Both the position numbers and the translations under genes were made by a program. Shown in pieces: positions 1 to 10,005 of a stretch of 24,000 bases of DNA (the first letter of the stretch is position 1; each line of letters begins with the position of its first letter). The DNA comes from Burkholderia sp. WTPI3 (GTDB taxonomy: Bacteria; Pseudomonadota; Gammaproteobacteria; Burkholderiales; Burkholderiaceae), in NCBI RefSeq assembly GCF_021483755.1, contig NZ_JAGIXF010000037.1, positions 1 through 24,000 on the forward strand, read 5' to 3'. The notes below the pieces were generated by a model. The model had not been told where the DNA came from and did not search any database. It worked only from the letters and a program-made list of their open reading frames with translations.

Positions 1-287
1 CCCGAGACGCGCGTGCCGGCGGCAATGCCGCCGCCGCCGTCGAGCAGCACGCAACTGAGCATGTCGACGTCCAGCTTGAGCGCGAAGCCGAACTGCCCTC
101 CGTCGAACCGCAGCAGCTCGTTCAGGCAAACCTGCGGCAGGCCGCTCACCTGTGCAATGCCGTCGGCGACGTGCTCGACGCGCCCGACCGATTCCGCCCG
201 CGGAGCGAGATTCAGCGCCGCCAGCACGGTCCTGCCGTCGGTCAGCCAGGCATCGCCGGCGCCGTCATGCGTTTCGTTCGTCGCCAT
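1..287 (-). CDS. atpA: ATP synthase (N-type) alpha subunit, N-terminal part only; the gene continues past the left edge
   Basis: Reverse complement from the ATG at 287-285 reads MATNETHDGAGDAWLTDGRTVLAALNLAPRAESVGRVEHVADGIAQVSGLPQVCLNELLRFDGGQFGFALKLDVDMLSCVLLDGGGGIAAGTRVS. This is the N-terminal beta-barrel pattern of F-type alpha subunits. The frame stays open to position 1, so it is absent from the ORF track (no stop in the window). It follows atpF as expected for the operon. Confidence 0.8.
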   Translation of the reverse strand, partial: MATNETHDGAGDAWLTDGRTVLAALNLAPRAESVGRVEHVADGIAQVSGLPQVCLNELLRFDGGQFGFALKLDVDMLSCVLLDGGGGIAAGTRVS

Positions 288-1017
288 GAGAAATGAGTTC
301 GCTTCTCAGTGAATCCAGACTGTGTCGAAAGCTGTTGCGCACGATGACGTGGGGCGAGACGAGTTCGAGCCCCGCGATCAACGCCGGATCGACGTCGGCC
401 TGCATCGGCACGTCATGACCCAGCGCCGTCGCGAGCGACGAGCGACAGCGATTCAGCTCGTCGTCGCTCAAGGCGCGCGGGGCAATCAGGCGCAGCGGCT
501 CGCCGTCGCGGCCGACGCGTGCGCGGTCCTCCGCGGGCAGCGCGCGGACGGCGTCGGCGAGGGGTTCGATGAAACCGTCCACCCGCGTGCCGGCCGGAAG
601 CGTCGCGAGCAACCGGGCCGCGATGTCGAGCGCAAACTGGCTGGCCCGTGCCGCGTTGGCGCGCAGCGCGTCCGCCTTCATCGCTTCGACTTCGGCCTCG
701 GCGGATCGCCTCAGCGTGTCGGCCTCGGCGCGTGCGTCGGCGAGCAGCGACGCCTTGAGGCGCTCGACCTCGGCCGCGGCCGCACTCAATCCGTCGACGC
801 GCGCCGCCTCCTGCGCGGCCACGTCTCTCGCGGCCCGGTCGCGATCCTGCCGCGCCGCGTCGCGGGCGGCCGCGGCATCCTGCATCAGGCGCGCGGCGGC
901 TTGCTGGCGATCCGCCATGATCCTGGCGACCGGCTTGAACAGGAACCGCGACAGCAGCCAGATCAGGACGAGGACGTTGATCGTCTGGAAGCCGAACGTC
1001 CACCAGTCGATTCGCAT
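265..1017 (-). CDS. atpF: ATP synthase (N-type) subunit b, long form with a delta/OSCP-like C-terminus
   Basis: 250 aa ORF. It has one N-terminal TM helix (WWTFGFQTINVLVLIWLLSRFLF) and a long Ala/Arg/Glu-rich helical stalk. The C-terminal DVDPALIAGLELVSPHVIVRNSFRHSLDSLRSEL resembles the C-terminus of subunit delta. Its position between atpE and atpA supports the call. Confidence 0.85.
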   Translation of the reverse strand: MRIDWWTFGFQTINVLVLIWLLSRFLFKPVARIMADRQQAAARLMQDAAAARDAARQDRDRAARDVAAQEAARVDGLSAAAAEVERLKASLLADARAEADTLRRSAEAEVEAMKADALRANAARASQFALDIAARLLATLPAGTRVDGFIEPLADAVRALPAEDRARVGRDGEPLRLIAPRALSDDELNRCRSSLATALGHDVPMQADVDPALIAGLELVSPHVIVRNSFRHSLDSLRSELISHGDERNA

Positions 1018-1026
1018 GGCCGCGGC

Positions 1027-1275
1027 TTACCGGGTAAGCGGGTTGGCGAACAGTACGAGCAGGGCGACCACGAGACAGTAGATCGCCATGGTTTCGATCA
1101 TGGCCAGACCGACGAACAGCGTGCGCGAGATCGTGCCGGCCGATTCCGGCTGGCGCGCCAGCGCGTCCATCGCGGCGGCGACCGCGCGCCCCTCGGCCAG
1201 TGCCGGGCCGATCGCGCCGAAGGACACGGCAATGGCTGCCGCGACGATGCTTGCCAGTTGAATCCAGTTGTTCAT
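1027..1275 (-). CDS. atpE: ATP synthase (N-type) c subunit (rotor ring proteolipid)
   Basis: 82 aa helical hairpin with the ARQPE loop and a helix-2 carboxylate in MIETMAIY. A second carboxylate sits in helix 1 (PALAEGRA). The ATGA overlap with the atpB stop suggests translational coupling. Confidence 0.92.
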   Translation of the reverse strand: MNNWIQLASIVAAAIAVSFGAIGPALAEGRAVAAAMDALARQPESAGTISRTLFVGLAMIETMAIYCLVVALLVLFANPLTR

Positions 1276-1967
1276 GATGCTCCTTGCGGTGGATGCTGGG
1301 CCGGCGCGCTTTCGTCGCCGAGCGCGGCACCGATGAACACGGCTGCGAGTACCGTGAAGATGTAGGCCTGAACCGCGCCCGTCAGCAGGTCGAGCGCCAT
1401 GAGCGGAATCGGCACCAGCAGGCCCGCGAGCGACAGCACGATGCCGATCACGAACACGCCGCTCATGACGTTGCCGAACAGCCGCACGATCAGTGAAAAG
1501 GTACGGGTCATCTGCTCGACCAGGTTGAGCGGGATCATGATCCAGGTCGGTTGCGCGAACGACGCGAGATAGCGGGCCAGCCCGCGCGCGCGGATGCCGT
1601 AGAACAACGTCGACGCGAAGACGATGCCGGCGAGCGCGGCGTCGGTTTCAAGATGCGCGGTGGGCGGCTCGACGCCCGGAATCAGGCTGGACCAGTTGCA
1701 CACCAGGATGAACAGGAACAGCGTGCCGAGCAGGGCACGGCAGCGCGCGGGATCGATCTGCATGGTGTCCCGCAGCTGGCCGTCGAGCGTCGAGACGAAC
1801 AGCTCGGCGGCCGCCTGGAGTTTGCCGGGCGTCAGCGACAGCCGCAGGCGCACGGCTGCCGCCGCGACGGCGACGAGCGCCATCAGCGCCCAGGTGGTGG
1901 CCACCGGCGCCGACACCGGCACCTCGCCGATGCGGAACAGCGGTTCGGTGATGAGCGGCGAATGCAT
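1272..1967 (-). CDS. atpB: ATP synthase (N-type) a subunit
   Basis: I trimmed track ORF 1272..2387 to the internal Met at 1967 (MHSPLITEPLFRIGEV...). The upstream 140 codons are Arg/Pro-rich junk that overlaps atpR and atpQ. The product is a 231 aa polytopic membrane protein with the stator arginine context LIVRLFGNVMSG. A TGATG junction links it to the atpR stop. Confidence 0.88.
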   Translation of the reverse strand: MHSPLITEPLFRIGEVPVSAPVATTWALMALVAVAAAAVRLRLSLTPGKLQAAAELFVSTLDGQLRDTMQIDPARCRALLGTLFLFILVCNWSSLIPGVEPPTAHLETDAALAGIVFASTLFYGIRARGLARYLASFAQPTWIMIPLNLVEQMTRTFSLIVRLFGNVMSGVFVIGIVLSLAGLLVPIPLMALDLLTGAVQAYIFTVLAAVFIGAALGDESAPAQHPPQGAS

Positions 1968-2251
1968 CACGACGAACCTCCCGGCGGGCGAAGCGTCGCG
2001 CGGCGCGCGAGCATGATGCCGGCGAGGCCGCTCAGCAACGCGGCGTACCCGGCTTGCGCGAGGCCGAACAGCACCATGGCGAGCACGCCGAAACGAACGA
2101 GATGCACGATGATGGCGATGCCGATCGCATCCTGGACGTAGCTGCGCACGTTGGCATGCAGCGACGCGAAATAGGCAACGCCGACGAGCGCGCCGGTCAG
2201 GCCGCCTGCGGCAACCTGGACGGGAATCGACCACGTCTGGACGGGCATCAT
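1967..2251 (-). CDS. atpR: N-ATPase-specific small membrane subunit AtpR
   Basis: 94 aa with hydrophobic helices (GGLTGALVGVAYFASL; GIAIIVHLVRFGVLAMVLFGL) and an Arg inside a membrane segment. It sits between atpQ and atpB, the position that defines AtpR in N-ATPase operons. Confidence 0.75.
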   Translation of the reverse strand: MMPVQTWSIPVQVAAGGLTGALVGVAYFASLHANVRSYVQDAIGIAIIVHLVRFGVLAMVLFGLAQAGYAALLSGLAGIMLARRATLRPPGGSS

Positions 2252-2254
2252 GAT

Positions 2255-2588
2255 TCAGCTCCCGGGGCCCTGGCGATGCATCCAGCGCCACGCGGCCCAC
2301 AGCCCGAACGCGGCGCCCAGCATCAGTAGCGGCGCGGAGAAGAACACGCCGGTATGAAAATGTCGGTCGAGCCAGTGGCCCAGCCACAACGCCAGCAAGG
2401 CCGGAATCACGACCAGCCAGCCAAGCATGCCGATCTGCCCGAGTCGCGAGCCCACCGTCGGCTCCGGCACGTCGCGCGCCTGCCGGTCGCGCCGGACGGC
2501 GCGCTGCGCGGTCCGTTCGAGCACCGGCCCGCCGGGTTCGGGGGCCTGCGCGTCCGGACCGTGCGGCGACGGCGCATCGCTTCCGGGC

Positions 2589-2605
<17 letters not shown>
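2255..2605 (-). CDS. atpQ: N-ATPase AtpQ (AtpI/AtpZ-like small membrane protein)
   Basis: 116 aa with a polar N-terminus and two TM helices (LGQIGMLGWLVVIPALLALWLGHWL; FFSAPLLMLGAAFGLWAAW). It lies between atpC and atpR as in N-ATPase operons. The start could instead be the Met at 2599. Confidence 0.7.
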
Positions 2606-4519
<1,914 letters not shown>

Positions 4520-4592
4520 TCATTGTCGTATCGATTCGTGTCTCAGGCATAAGCTACTTGCCAATATTTACTGCGATGCAACCTGTCGACGA

Positions 4593-4606
4593 TTGATCGT
4601 GATCAA
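4593..4606. promoter_or_regulatory. FNR/Anr-type (CRP-FNR family) binding box, perfect consensus, placed for the atpD (N-ATPase) promoter
   Basis: TTGATCGTGATCAA equals TTGAT-N4-ATCAA exactly. It lies 113 bp upstream of the atpD ATG. On the minus strand a TAAATA hexamer (4570-4565) is centred 32 bp downstream of the box centre, which is the class II FNR promoter geometry (-41.5). Confidence 0.6.
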
Positions 4607-4706
4607 AGGGCACATCGACAGGCGAAGTGGCCAGGGCGGTTTGGCTATGCGCGTAGCCGCGCCGAAACGTCCGGAATATTCGGCATGGCGAGCTATGGCT
4701 ACGGTG

Positions 4707-4720
4707 TTGACTCATATCAA
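4707..4720. promoter_or_regulatory. FNR/Anr-type box (one mismatch), placed for the CBS-BON gene promoter
   Basis: TTGACTCATATCAA matches TTGAT-N4-ATCAA with one mismatch. It lies 94 bp upstream of the ATG at 4814. TAACCT (4742-4747) is centred ~31 bp downstream of the box centre. Confidence 0.5.
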
Positions 4721-4813
4721 CGAACCGATGCGCAAGTTGCCTAACCTCGACATCGGGTAAGCAGGAAGCGCCGTGCAGGGCGCTTGACTGAAGCGGATTC
4801 GAGGAGACTGACC

Positions 4814-5503
4814 ATGCACGCCATTGATGTCATGACACCGGCAGTGATTTCCGTAAAGCCGGATATGACAGTACAGCAAACAGCAGCGCTGCTCGTCGAG
4901 CATGGCATAAGCGGAGCGCCCGTGATCGACGATAATGGACGTCTGATCGGGATGATCAGCGAGTCGGATCTGGTGCGGCGTGTGGAGATCGATACGGACA
5001 AGCCACGTCGCGCGTGGTGGCTGGAGCTACTGATTGCCCGCCGCGACGATGCCGCTGGCTATGTGAAGACGCACGCGCAACTCGTAAAAGATGTCATGAC
5101 GAAGCACGTGAATACCGTCGAAGAGATGACGCCGATCGACGAGGTGGCGCACATTCTTGAAAAGGCACGCATCAGAAGCGTTCCTGTCGTGCGCGGCAAT
5201 GAGATCGTTGGGATCGTGAGCCGCGCCAATCTGGTTCAGGCGCTTGCGATTTCGCCGTCGGCACCGAACCTGCAACAGGTCCTGAGCGACCGAGAGATTC
5301 GAGGCATGTTGTTGGCCGAGATCGCGGGTCATAAATGGAGCTTTCCTGGCCGAAACGTCATCGTCAAGAACGGGGTTGTCCATCTTTGGGGCTACTACGC
5401 CTGGGCACCGAACGAAGTGCAAGCAATGCGTGTCGCCGCGGAGGGTATTCCGGGAGTCAAGGGTGTTGAAGATCACACCGGCGCATCGCATTCAGATGCT
5501 TAG
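4814..5503 (+). CDS. CBS-pair plus BON domain protein
   Basis: I trimmed track ORF 4784..5503 (TTG start) to the ATG at 4814, which is preceded by GAGGAG at 4801-4806. Two CBS motifs are present (IDVMTPAVISV...GISGAPVIDDNGRLIGMISESDL and VKDVMTKHVNTV...VPVVRGNEIVGIVSRANL). The C-terminal domain is BON-like (VIVKNGVVHLWGYYAWAPNEVQAMRVAAEGIPGVKGVEDH). Confidence 0.85.
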   Translation: MHAIDVMTPAVISVKPDMTVQQTAALLVEHGISGAPVIDDNGRLIGMISESDLVRRVEIDTDKPRRAWWLELLIARRDDAAGYVKTHAQLVKDVMTKHVNTVEEMTPIDEVAHILEKARIRSVPVVRGNEIVGIVSRANLVQALAISPSAPNLQQVLSDREIRGMLLAEIAGHKWSFPGRNVIVKNGVVHLWGYYAWAPNEVQAMRVAAEGIPGVKGVEDHTGASHSDA

Positions 5504-5673
5504 AAAGGCCGCGGTGCACATCGGCGACTGACGTTGCGTTGCCGGCCAGCGCTCAATTCGCCCGTCGAAAGGCTTGCTGACTTCCGACTCACTGTTTGTT
5601 TGTGAAGGTCGTTGCTTCTGTCGGCGGGGCCACGAGGTGGAGCGCGGCTCGCACCACTTGGCATATTCCGGCT

Positions 5674-6240
5674 TCAGCCAATATCCTCCGTCCGGGCCTG
5701 ATGCTGGTCGGCACGCGTCGACCACGGCAGGATGCGCGGCAGAATGTTTTCCATCCGGATCAGCCGATGCACCAGTGCAGCCAGCACATGGAAGCCCACC
5801 AGCGCGGCCAGCCCGTAAGCCGTCAGCGCATGCACTTCTCCTAGCCAGTGCGACAGAGCGCGGTCCTTCGGCACTAGCGTCGGCAACGAAAAGAGTCCGA
5901 AGCAGTTGGCCGTGTGTCCGGCCGCGTTCGTCTTCATCCACCCGAGCAGGGGAATGACGAGCATCAGCAGATAGAGCAATCCGTGGACGGTGCGCTCGGC
6001 GTGATGATTCAGCGTTCCGGCCGGGTTGACCGAAAGCGGCAGCCGCTGTCGCGTACGAAGCCGATTCACGACGCGAACTGCCACAAGTCCGAGAATAAAG
6101 ATGCCGATCGACTTGTGCAGGCTGACGAGGTCTTCGTTGTCGTCCAGCAGCAAGCCGACGATCAGGTTGCCGATCAGGGCAACGGCCAGTAGCCAGTGCA
6201 GCAGACTGATCGACAGCGGGTAGCGGGTAACGGTTTTCAT
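5674..6240 (-). CDS. cybB: Cytochrome b561 family membrane protein
   Basis: 188 aa with four TM helices and the His pattern of the bacterial b561 family (SLLHWLLA, SLHKSIG, TVHGLLYLLM, FHVLAALVH). Confidence 0.85.
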   Translation of the reverse strand: MKTVTRYPLSISLLHWLLAVALIGNLIVGLLLDDNEDLVSLHKSIGIFILGLVAVRVVNRLRTRQRLPLSVNPAGTLNHHAERTVHGLLYLLMLVIPLLGWMKTNAAGHTANCFGLFSLPTLVPKDRALSHWLGEVHALTAYGLAALVGFHVLAALVHRLIRMENILPRILPWSTRADQHQARTEDIG

Positions 6241-6284
6241 GACGGGCGTGCCTGTTCAGTGTCCGAAAATGTGTCAGGGTCGGG

Positions 6285-6659
6285 TCAGCCGAGCAGGTCG
6301 TGATAGCGCTTTTTCGTACCGTTGATCCGCCGCAATGCCTGCTTGGCGGCCGACAGATCGTCGGCCTGGATGGCACGGTCGACTTCGGTCAATTCGTCCC
6401 TCAAAGCGCGCATGCCTTCATCGTAGGTCGCCTGGTCGTCGCGATACCGCTGGCGGCTCGCCTGCTGCGCATCGCTTTCGAGCCGGGCCACGTAGCCGTT
6501 CATTTCCGCAGTCGTGCGACTGGCCATGGCCCCCTGCATCGCATGCTTCATGTCTGTCATCAGTGTCTTGATCTCGCCTGCGCAGGCTGGCGCGGCCGCC
6601 ACGGAAAGCATCACGCCCAGCGTGGCACAGAAACGGAGTCGGAACGGTAGCCTGTTCAT
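6285..6659 (-). CDS. cybC: Soluble periplasmic cytochrome b562 family protein
   Basis: 124 aa with a signal peptide (LGVMLSVAAAPACAG). Its helical bundle has an N-terminal Met ligand context (IKTLMTDMK) and a C-terminal His context (GTKKRYHDLLG), parallel to E. coli b562 (DNMETL ... RNAYHQKYR). It lies 44 bp upstream of cybB on the same strand. Confidence 0.75.
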   Translation of the reverse strand: MNRLPFRLRFCATLGVMLSVAAAPACAGEIKTLMTDMKHAMQGAMASRTTAEMNGYVARLESDAQQASRQRYRDDQATYDEGMRALRDELTEVDRAIQADDLSAAKQALRRINGTKKRYHDLLG

Positions 6660-6821
6660 GGTCGTCGATTCGATTGCGGGTGTCGGTGACCGCGACCATA
6701 GGGCGTCGACGTTAACGGATTCTTAAGGACCGGATTTTTCCGCGGCTGGCTTGATGCCTGCCCGTGCCTGCGGTTATCGTGCGGCAATGAAGCCATGTCC
6801 GGCGTAACAGGAGCACGATAC

Positions 6822-7484
6822 ATGCGGGTGCTACTCGTGGAAGACGACAAGCTGATCGGCAGCGGGGTAGAGGACGGCCTGATCGAAGCCGGCATGACAG
6901 TCGACTGGGCGCACGACGGCAGGCATGCACAGCTCGCGCTTGAAACCACGCCGTACGACCTCGTCGTGCTCGATCTGGGCCTGCCCCGCATGTCGGGAAT
7001 CGAATTGCTCGAGTGGGTTCGCAATCGCCGCAACCATACGCCGGTGCTGGTGATGACCGCGCGTGACACGGTGGCCGACCGTGTGAACGGCTTGAGCGCG
7101 GGCGCCGACGACTACCTCGGCAAGCCGTTCGACCTGGCCGAGCTGATCGCGCGCTGTCGTGCGCTCGTGCGGCGCTCGCAGGGCCGCGGTACCGATACGA
7201 TCGAATATGGCGACCTGTCGGTCGATCCCGCACTGATGACGGTGACGCGCGGCACCGAACGGATCGGGTTGACGTCGCGCGAATGCGCGTTGCTGGTCGA
7301 ACTGCTGGCGAACCAGGGTCGCCCTTTGTCGCGCGCCCGCCTCCAGGACAGCCTCTACGGCTGGAACGAGGAAATCGAAAGCAATGCAATCGAAGTGCAT
7401 GTTTCGAATCTGCGCAAGAAACTGGGGGCCGAACTGATTCGAACGATTCGTGGCGTCGGGTATGTGGTGGAGAAGGTGTCGTGA
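6822..7484 (+). CDS. OmpR/PhoB-family response regulator (QseB/PmrA-like)
   Basis: I trimmed track ORF 6795..7484 to MRVLLVEDD at 6822, which has AGGAG upstream. The receiver domain has DD, D51 (VVLDLGLP), T (LVMTARD) and K (GKPF). The C-terminus is a winged helix (IEVHVSNLRKKLG...IRTIRGVGY). Confidence 0.92.
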   Translation: MRVLLVEDDKLIGSGVEDGLIEAGMTVDWAHDGRHAQLALETTPYDLVVLDLGLPRMSGIELLEWVRNRRNHTPVLVMTARDTVADRVNGLSAGADDYLGKPFDLAELIARCRALVRRSQGRGTDTIEYGDLSVDPALMTVTRGTERIGLTSRECALLVELLANQGRPLSRARLQDSLYGWNEEIESNAIEVHVSNLRKKLGAELIRTIRGVGYVVEKVS

Positions 7485-8833
7485 TGCGCTCGATCCGGCA
7501 ACGGCTCACCTTGCTCGTGCTGTCGTGTGTCGTGGTGGTCTGGGCATACTCGCTGGTGTCGAGTTACCGCCAAGCGATTCACGAAGCCGAGGAATGGGAC
7601 GAAACCCGCCTCGAGCAGATCGCAAGGGCGTTCGTCGCGCTCGATGCGTCCGATCTCCCGGCCTTTGCGGACATCGTCCTCGGTTCGGGCGAAGACAATG
7701 ATGGCGACAACGATACATCGCCTCGGATGCTGTATCAGGTCAGTGACGCCGGCGGGCGAATCCTGGCTGCCAGTCCGGGGCTGGAGTCGCTCGATCTGCC
7801 GGTATTTCCCGCTGCGGCATCGAGCCCGCTCCGGTTCGGCAATCCGAAGTGGCACGCCTACGTGCTGACCGATGACGCGCGCGGCCGCACCGTGCGTATT
7901 TTCGAGCAACGCACGCATCGTTCGGATCTGTCCGCCGAGGTTGCCCGCCGCGTCGCGCGACCGCTTGCATTCGCGCTGCCCGTGCTGGCCGTGATGATCT
8001 GGTTGACGATCGGTCGCAGCCTGACGCCATTGAGGACGCTGTCCGAGGCGATCGAGGCACGATCCCCTGACAGTCTCGATGCGATTGCCACGAAGGGCAT
8101 TCCCGACGAAGTGCGGCCGCTGGTCGCCGCACTCAACACGCTGTTGCAACGTCTGCGCGGCTCGATCGATCGCGAACGCGCGTTCACCAGCGACGCGGCG
8201 CACGAGCTCAAGACCCCGCTCGCCGCGCTCAAGGTTCAGGCGCAAGTTGCGCTCACGGCGCGCGATCCGGACCGTCAGCGGCGCGCGATGCAACGGGTCG
8301 TCGAGGGCGTCGACCGGAGCACGCATCTGGCGGACCAGTTGCTTGCACTGGCGCGGCTTGACGAGACCGTGCCGTTGCCCGGTGAGGACATTGAGCTCGC
8401 GCGCCTGGTGCAAACATGCGTGAGCGATCACCAGGCGCATGCGGATCGCAAGCGGATCTTGCTGACATCGCGCTCCGACGGTCCTGCCATCGTGCATGCG
8501 CCACCGACCCTGGTGCGAGTCTTGCTCGACAACCTCGTCGATAACGCGATCAAGTACGGTCGCGAGCAGGGGAGCGTCGAGATCGCGACGTGGCAGGATA
8601 CCGGCACGATTGTTCTCCAGGTACGGGACGACGGTCCCGGCGTCTCGGACAAGAATCTGTCCCGACTGCAGGATCGGTTCTTTCGCGGCGAGGATCACGA
8701 CGAAAGCGGCAGCGGACTGGGGCTGTCCATCGTCGCACGCATCGTGGCCAAGCTCGGGGGGAGCTTCGCGTATATCGACGGGCTGAACGGGAAGGGATTT
8801 GGCGCGCGGGTTACGTTGCCTGTTTCGACCTGA
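7484..8833 (+). CDS. Sensor histidine kinase (QseC/PmrB-like), partner of the upstream regulator
   Basis: I trimmed track ORF 7283..8833 to the ATG at 7484, which overlaps the regulator's TGA. It has two TM helices flanking a periplasmic domain, H-box AAHELKTPLAAL, N-box LVDNAIKYG, G1 DDGPGV and G2 GSGLGLSIV. Confidence 0.9.
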   Translation: MRSIRQRLTLLVLSCVVVVWAYSLVSSYRQAIHEAEEWDETRLEQIARAFVALDASDLPAFADIVLGSGEDNDGDNDTSPRMLYQVSDAGGRILAASPGLESLDLPVFPAAASSPLRFGNPKWHAYVLTDDARGRTVRIFEQRTHRSDLSAEVARRVARPLAFALPVLAVMIWLTIGRSLTPLRTLSEAIEARSPDSLDAIATKGIPDEVRPLVAALNTLLQRLRGSIDRERAFTSDAAHELKTPLAALKVQAQVALTARDPDRQRRAMQRVVEGVDRSTHLADQLLALARLDETVPLPGEDIELARLVQTCVSDHQAHADRKRILLTSRSDGPAIVHAPPTLVRVLLDNLVDNAIKYGREQGSVEIATWQDTGTIVLQVRDDGPGVSDKNLSRLQDRFFRGEDHDESGSGLGLSIVARIVAKLGGSFAYIDGLNGKGFGARVTLPVST

Positions 8834-9089
8834 CCCCGCTTTGACGGTATGACGGTCGATCGCATGTCCTGACAAGGCGGTCGAGGGCCGGCGGCGTAGG
8901 ATGGCGCGCGCTGCCATGATTTCAGCCGTACGGCACCGGGCCGGCGATTCGGAGTCTGCCTACGTCGTTCTCGGCTCATGCGTTCGAGGGTGCGCAGTTA
9001 ACATTGCCTTCATGTTGCACGGAGCATTCTGTCTTTACGGCAGAAGAGGTGTTCTCGGACGCCGGTTCTGTTCATTGGAGGTCCAAATC

Positions 9090-9410
9090 ATGAAGTTCGC
9101 TATCCGTATCATCATGCTGGCCGTGGCCATTGCACCCCCATATGCATTTGCAGGTCAGTCAAGCGGTGGTCTGACCAGGGCGGAAGTTCGTGCCCAGATC
9201 GTGCAGGTCGAGCAAGCCGGGTACAACCCCGCTCGAAAGGACATTCACTATCCACAATCTATACAGCAGGCCGAGGCTCGCATCCGGTCTTCGGAACCCG
9301 CTAGGCAAGCCGATGCATCGGGCTATGGGCCCGCACAGCCGGCCGGGTTCGGCTCAGGATCCATGATCCAGGGCCATGCTGCGTCGCGTCCGTTGTACGC
9401 GCATCATTGA
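9090..9410 (+). CDS. DUF4148-type small secreted protein
   Basis: I trimmed track ORF 8901..9410 to MKFAIRIIMLAVAIAPPYAFA at 9090, which has GGAGG upstream. The signal peptide is followed by LTRAEVRAQIVQVEQAGYNPARKDIHYPQSIQQAEARI, the signature of the Burkholderia-rich DUF4148 family. Confidence 0.75.
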   Translation: MKFAIRIIMLAVAIAPPYAFAGQSSGGLTRAEVRAQIVQVEQAGYNPARKDIHYPQSIQQAEARIRSSEPARQADASGYGPAQPAGFGSGSMIQGHAASRPLYAHH

Positions 9411-9552
9411 CGCCAAGCGCGTGTGGTCGTCGAGTCGCGCGGTAGAGTATTCAGAATCGGACTCAGAAGTCATCGGCCGGTCGTATTTTAGGGGGGCTTT
9501 TGTTCATGGGTCATATCGCCCTGGTACGACACATAAAGGATTGCGAGCAGTC

Positions 9553-9581
9553 AAAAAAAAGACCCGGTATTGAACCGGGTC
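9553..9581 (-). terminator. Rho-independent terminator reading on the minus strand, with no gene to terminate
   Basis: A perfect 8-bp GC-rich stem (GACCCGGT 9561-9568 / ACCGGGTC 9574-9581) has a 5-nt loop. On the minus strand it is followed by T8 (the A-run at 9553-9560 on plus). There is no T-run on the plus side, so it is unidirectional. Confidence 0.6.
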
Positions 9582-9617
9582 AAACGAGAGCGGCAGGCGG
9601 AAAGGCTCCGGACATCA

Positions 9618-9671
9618 GGGGCCGTACTGCAGTTGATTTGCCGCGTTTGCCGTCACTCGGCGTGGACGACC
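9618..9671 (+). repeat. Candidate degenerate left terminal inverted repeat of Tn3-family element 1
   Basis: GGGGCCGTACTGCAGTTGATTTGCCGCGTTTGCCGTCACTCGGCGTGGACGACC shares ordered blocks with the IR at 15352: GGGG, TTGATTT, GCG-TTT-CCG and GGACGACC. The blocks are interrupted by indels of ~4-10 nt. Confidence 0.4.
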
Positions 9672-10005
9672 GACACAGGACTTGCGTGATCACGCAGTCG
9701 CCTCGGAACGGTACTTTGACACCCGACGCTTAAGGCATCATTAAGCGCAGACCAGCAAGTAACTTCGGACTCCAAAGTTATTTTACATAAGCTAAACTAG
9801 CGATTTTTTTAGGGTCGCAAGAGAATTCTAGGTCGAGCAAGCTCCTTGCTTATGTACGCCGCAGCGTGAGCGCATCGGCTCGTTTTCGTTCCGACACCAT
9901 TCTTAGGCGATCGACACCTGCAGCCGCCATCCCGACTTTCCCCGTAGCACCTCATTTTTTACCTCGCTACGCTGGGCCGCTCTCGTCATCGATGCGGAGT
10001 GGCTG

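Noticed and set aside
322-1365. Long plus-strand ORFs (322..1365, 569..1081) and a second minus-strand ORF (413..1330) overlapping atpF, atpE and atpB.
   Set aside because: Their products are low-complexity and Arg/Ala/Gly/Pro-rich, with no motifs. They lie antisense or out of frame to genes with clear ATP synthase signatures. This is the typical high-GC open-frame artefact.
5492-6376. 294 aa minus-strand ORF spanning the CBS-BON 3' flank, cybB and the cybC 3' end.
   Set aside because: It is out of frame with the well-supported cytochrome b561 gene on the same strand. Its composition is Arg/Pro/Ala-rich with no recognisable domain.
6712-8917. Large minus-strand ORFs (6712..7509, 6831..7400, 7355..8917) antisense to the response regulator and kinase genes.
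   Set aside because: The plus-strand genes carry complete receiver, winged-helix, H-box, N-box and G-box motifs. The antisense products are Arg-rich nonsense.
9491-9528. GGGGGGCTTTTGTTCATGG... as an alternative left IR of Tn3-family element 1.
   Set aside because: It matches the other IR copies at 10 of the first 12 positions, then similarity collapses to roughly random. The 9618 candidate keeps four collinear conserved blocks. I keep 9491 only as a fallback if other genomic copies show it is the true end.
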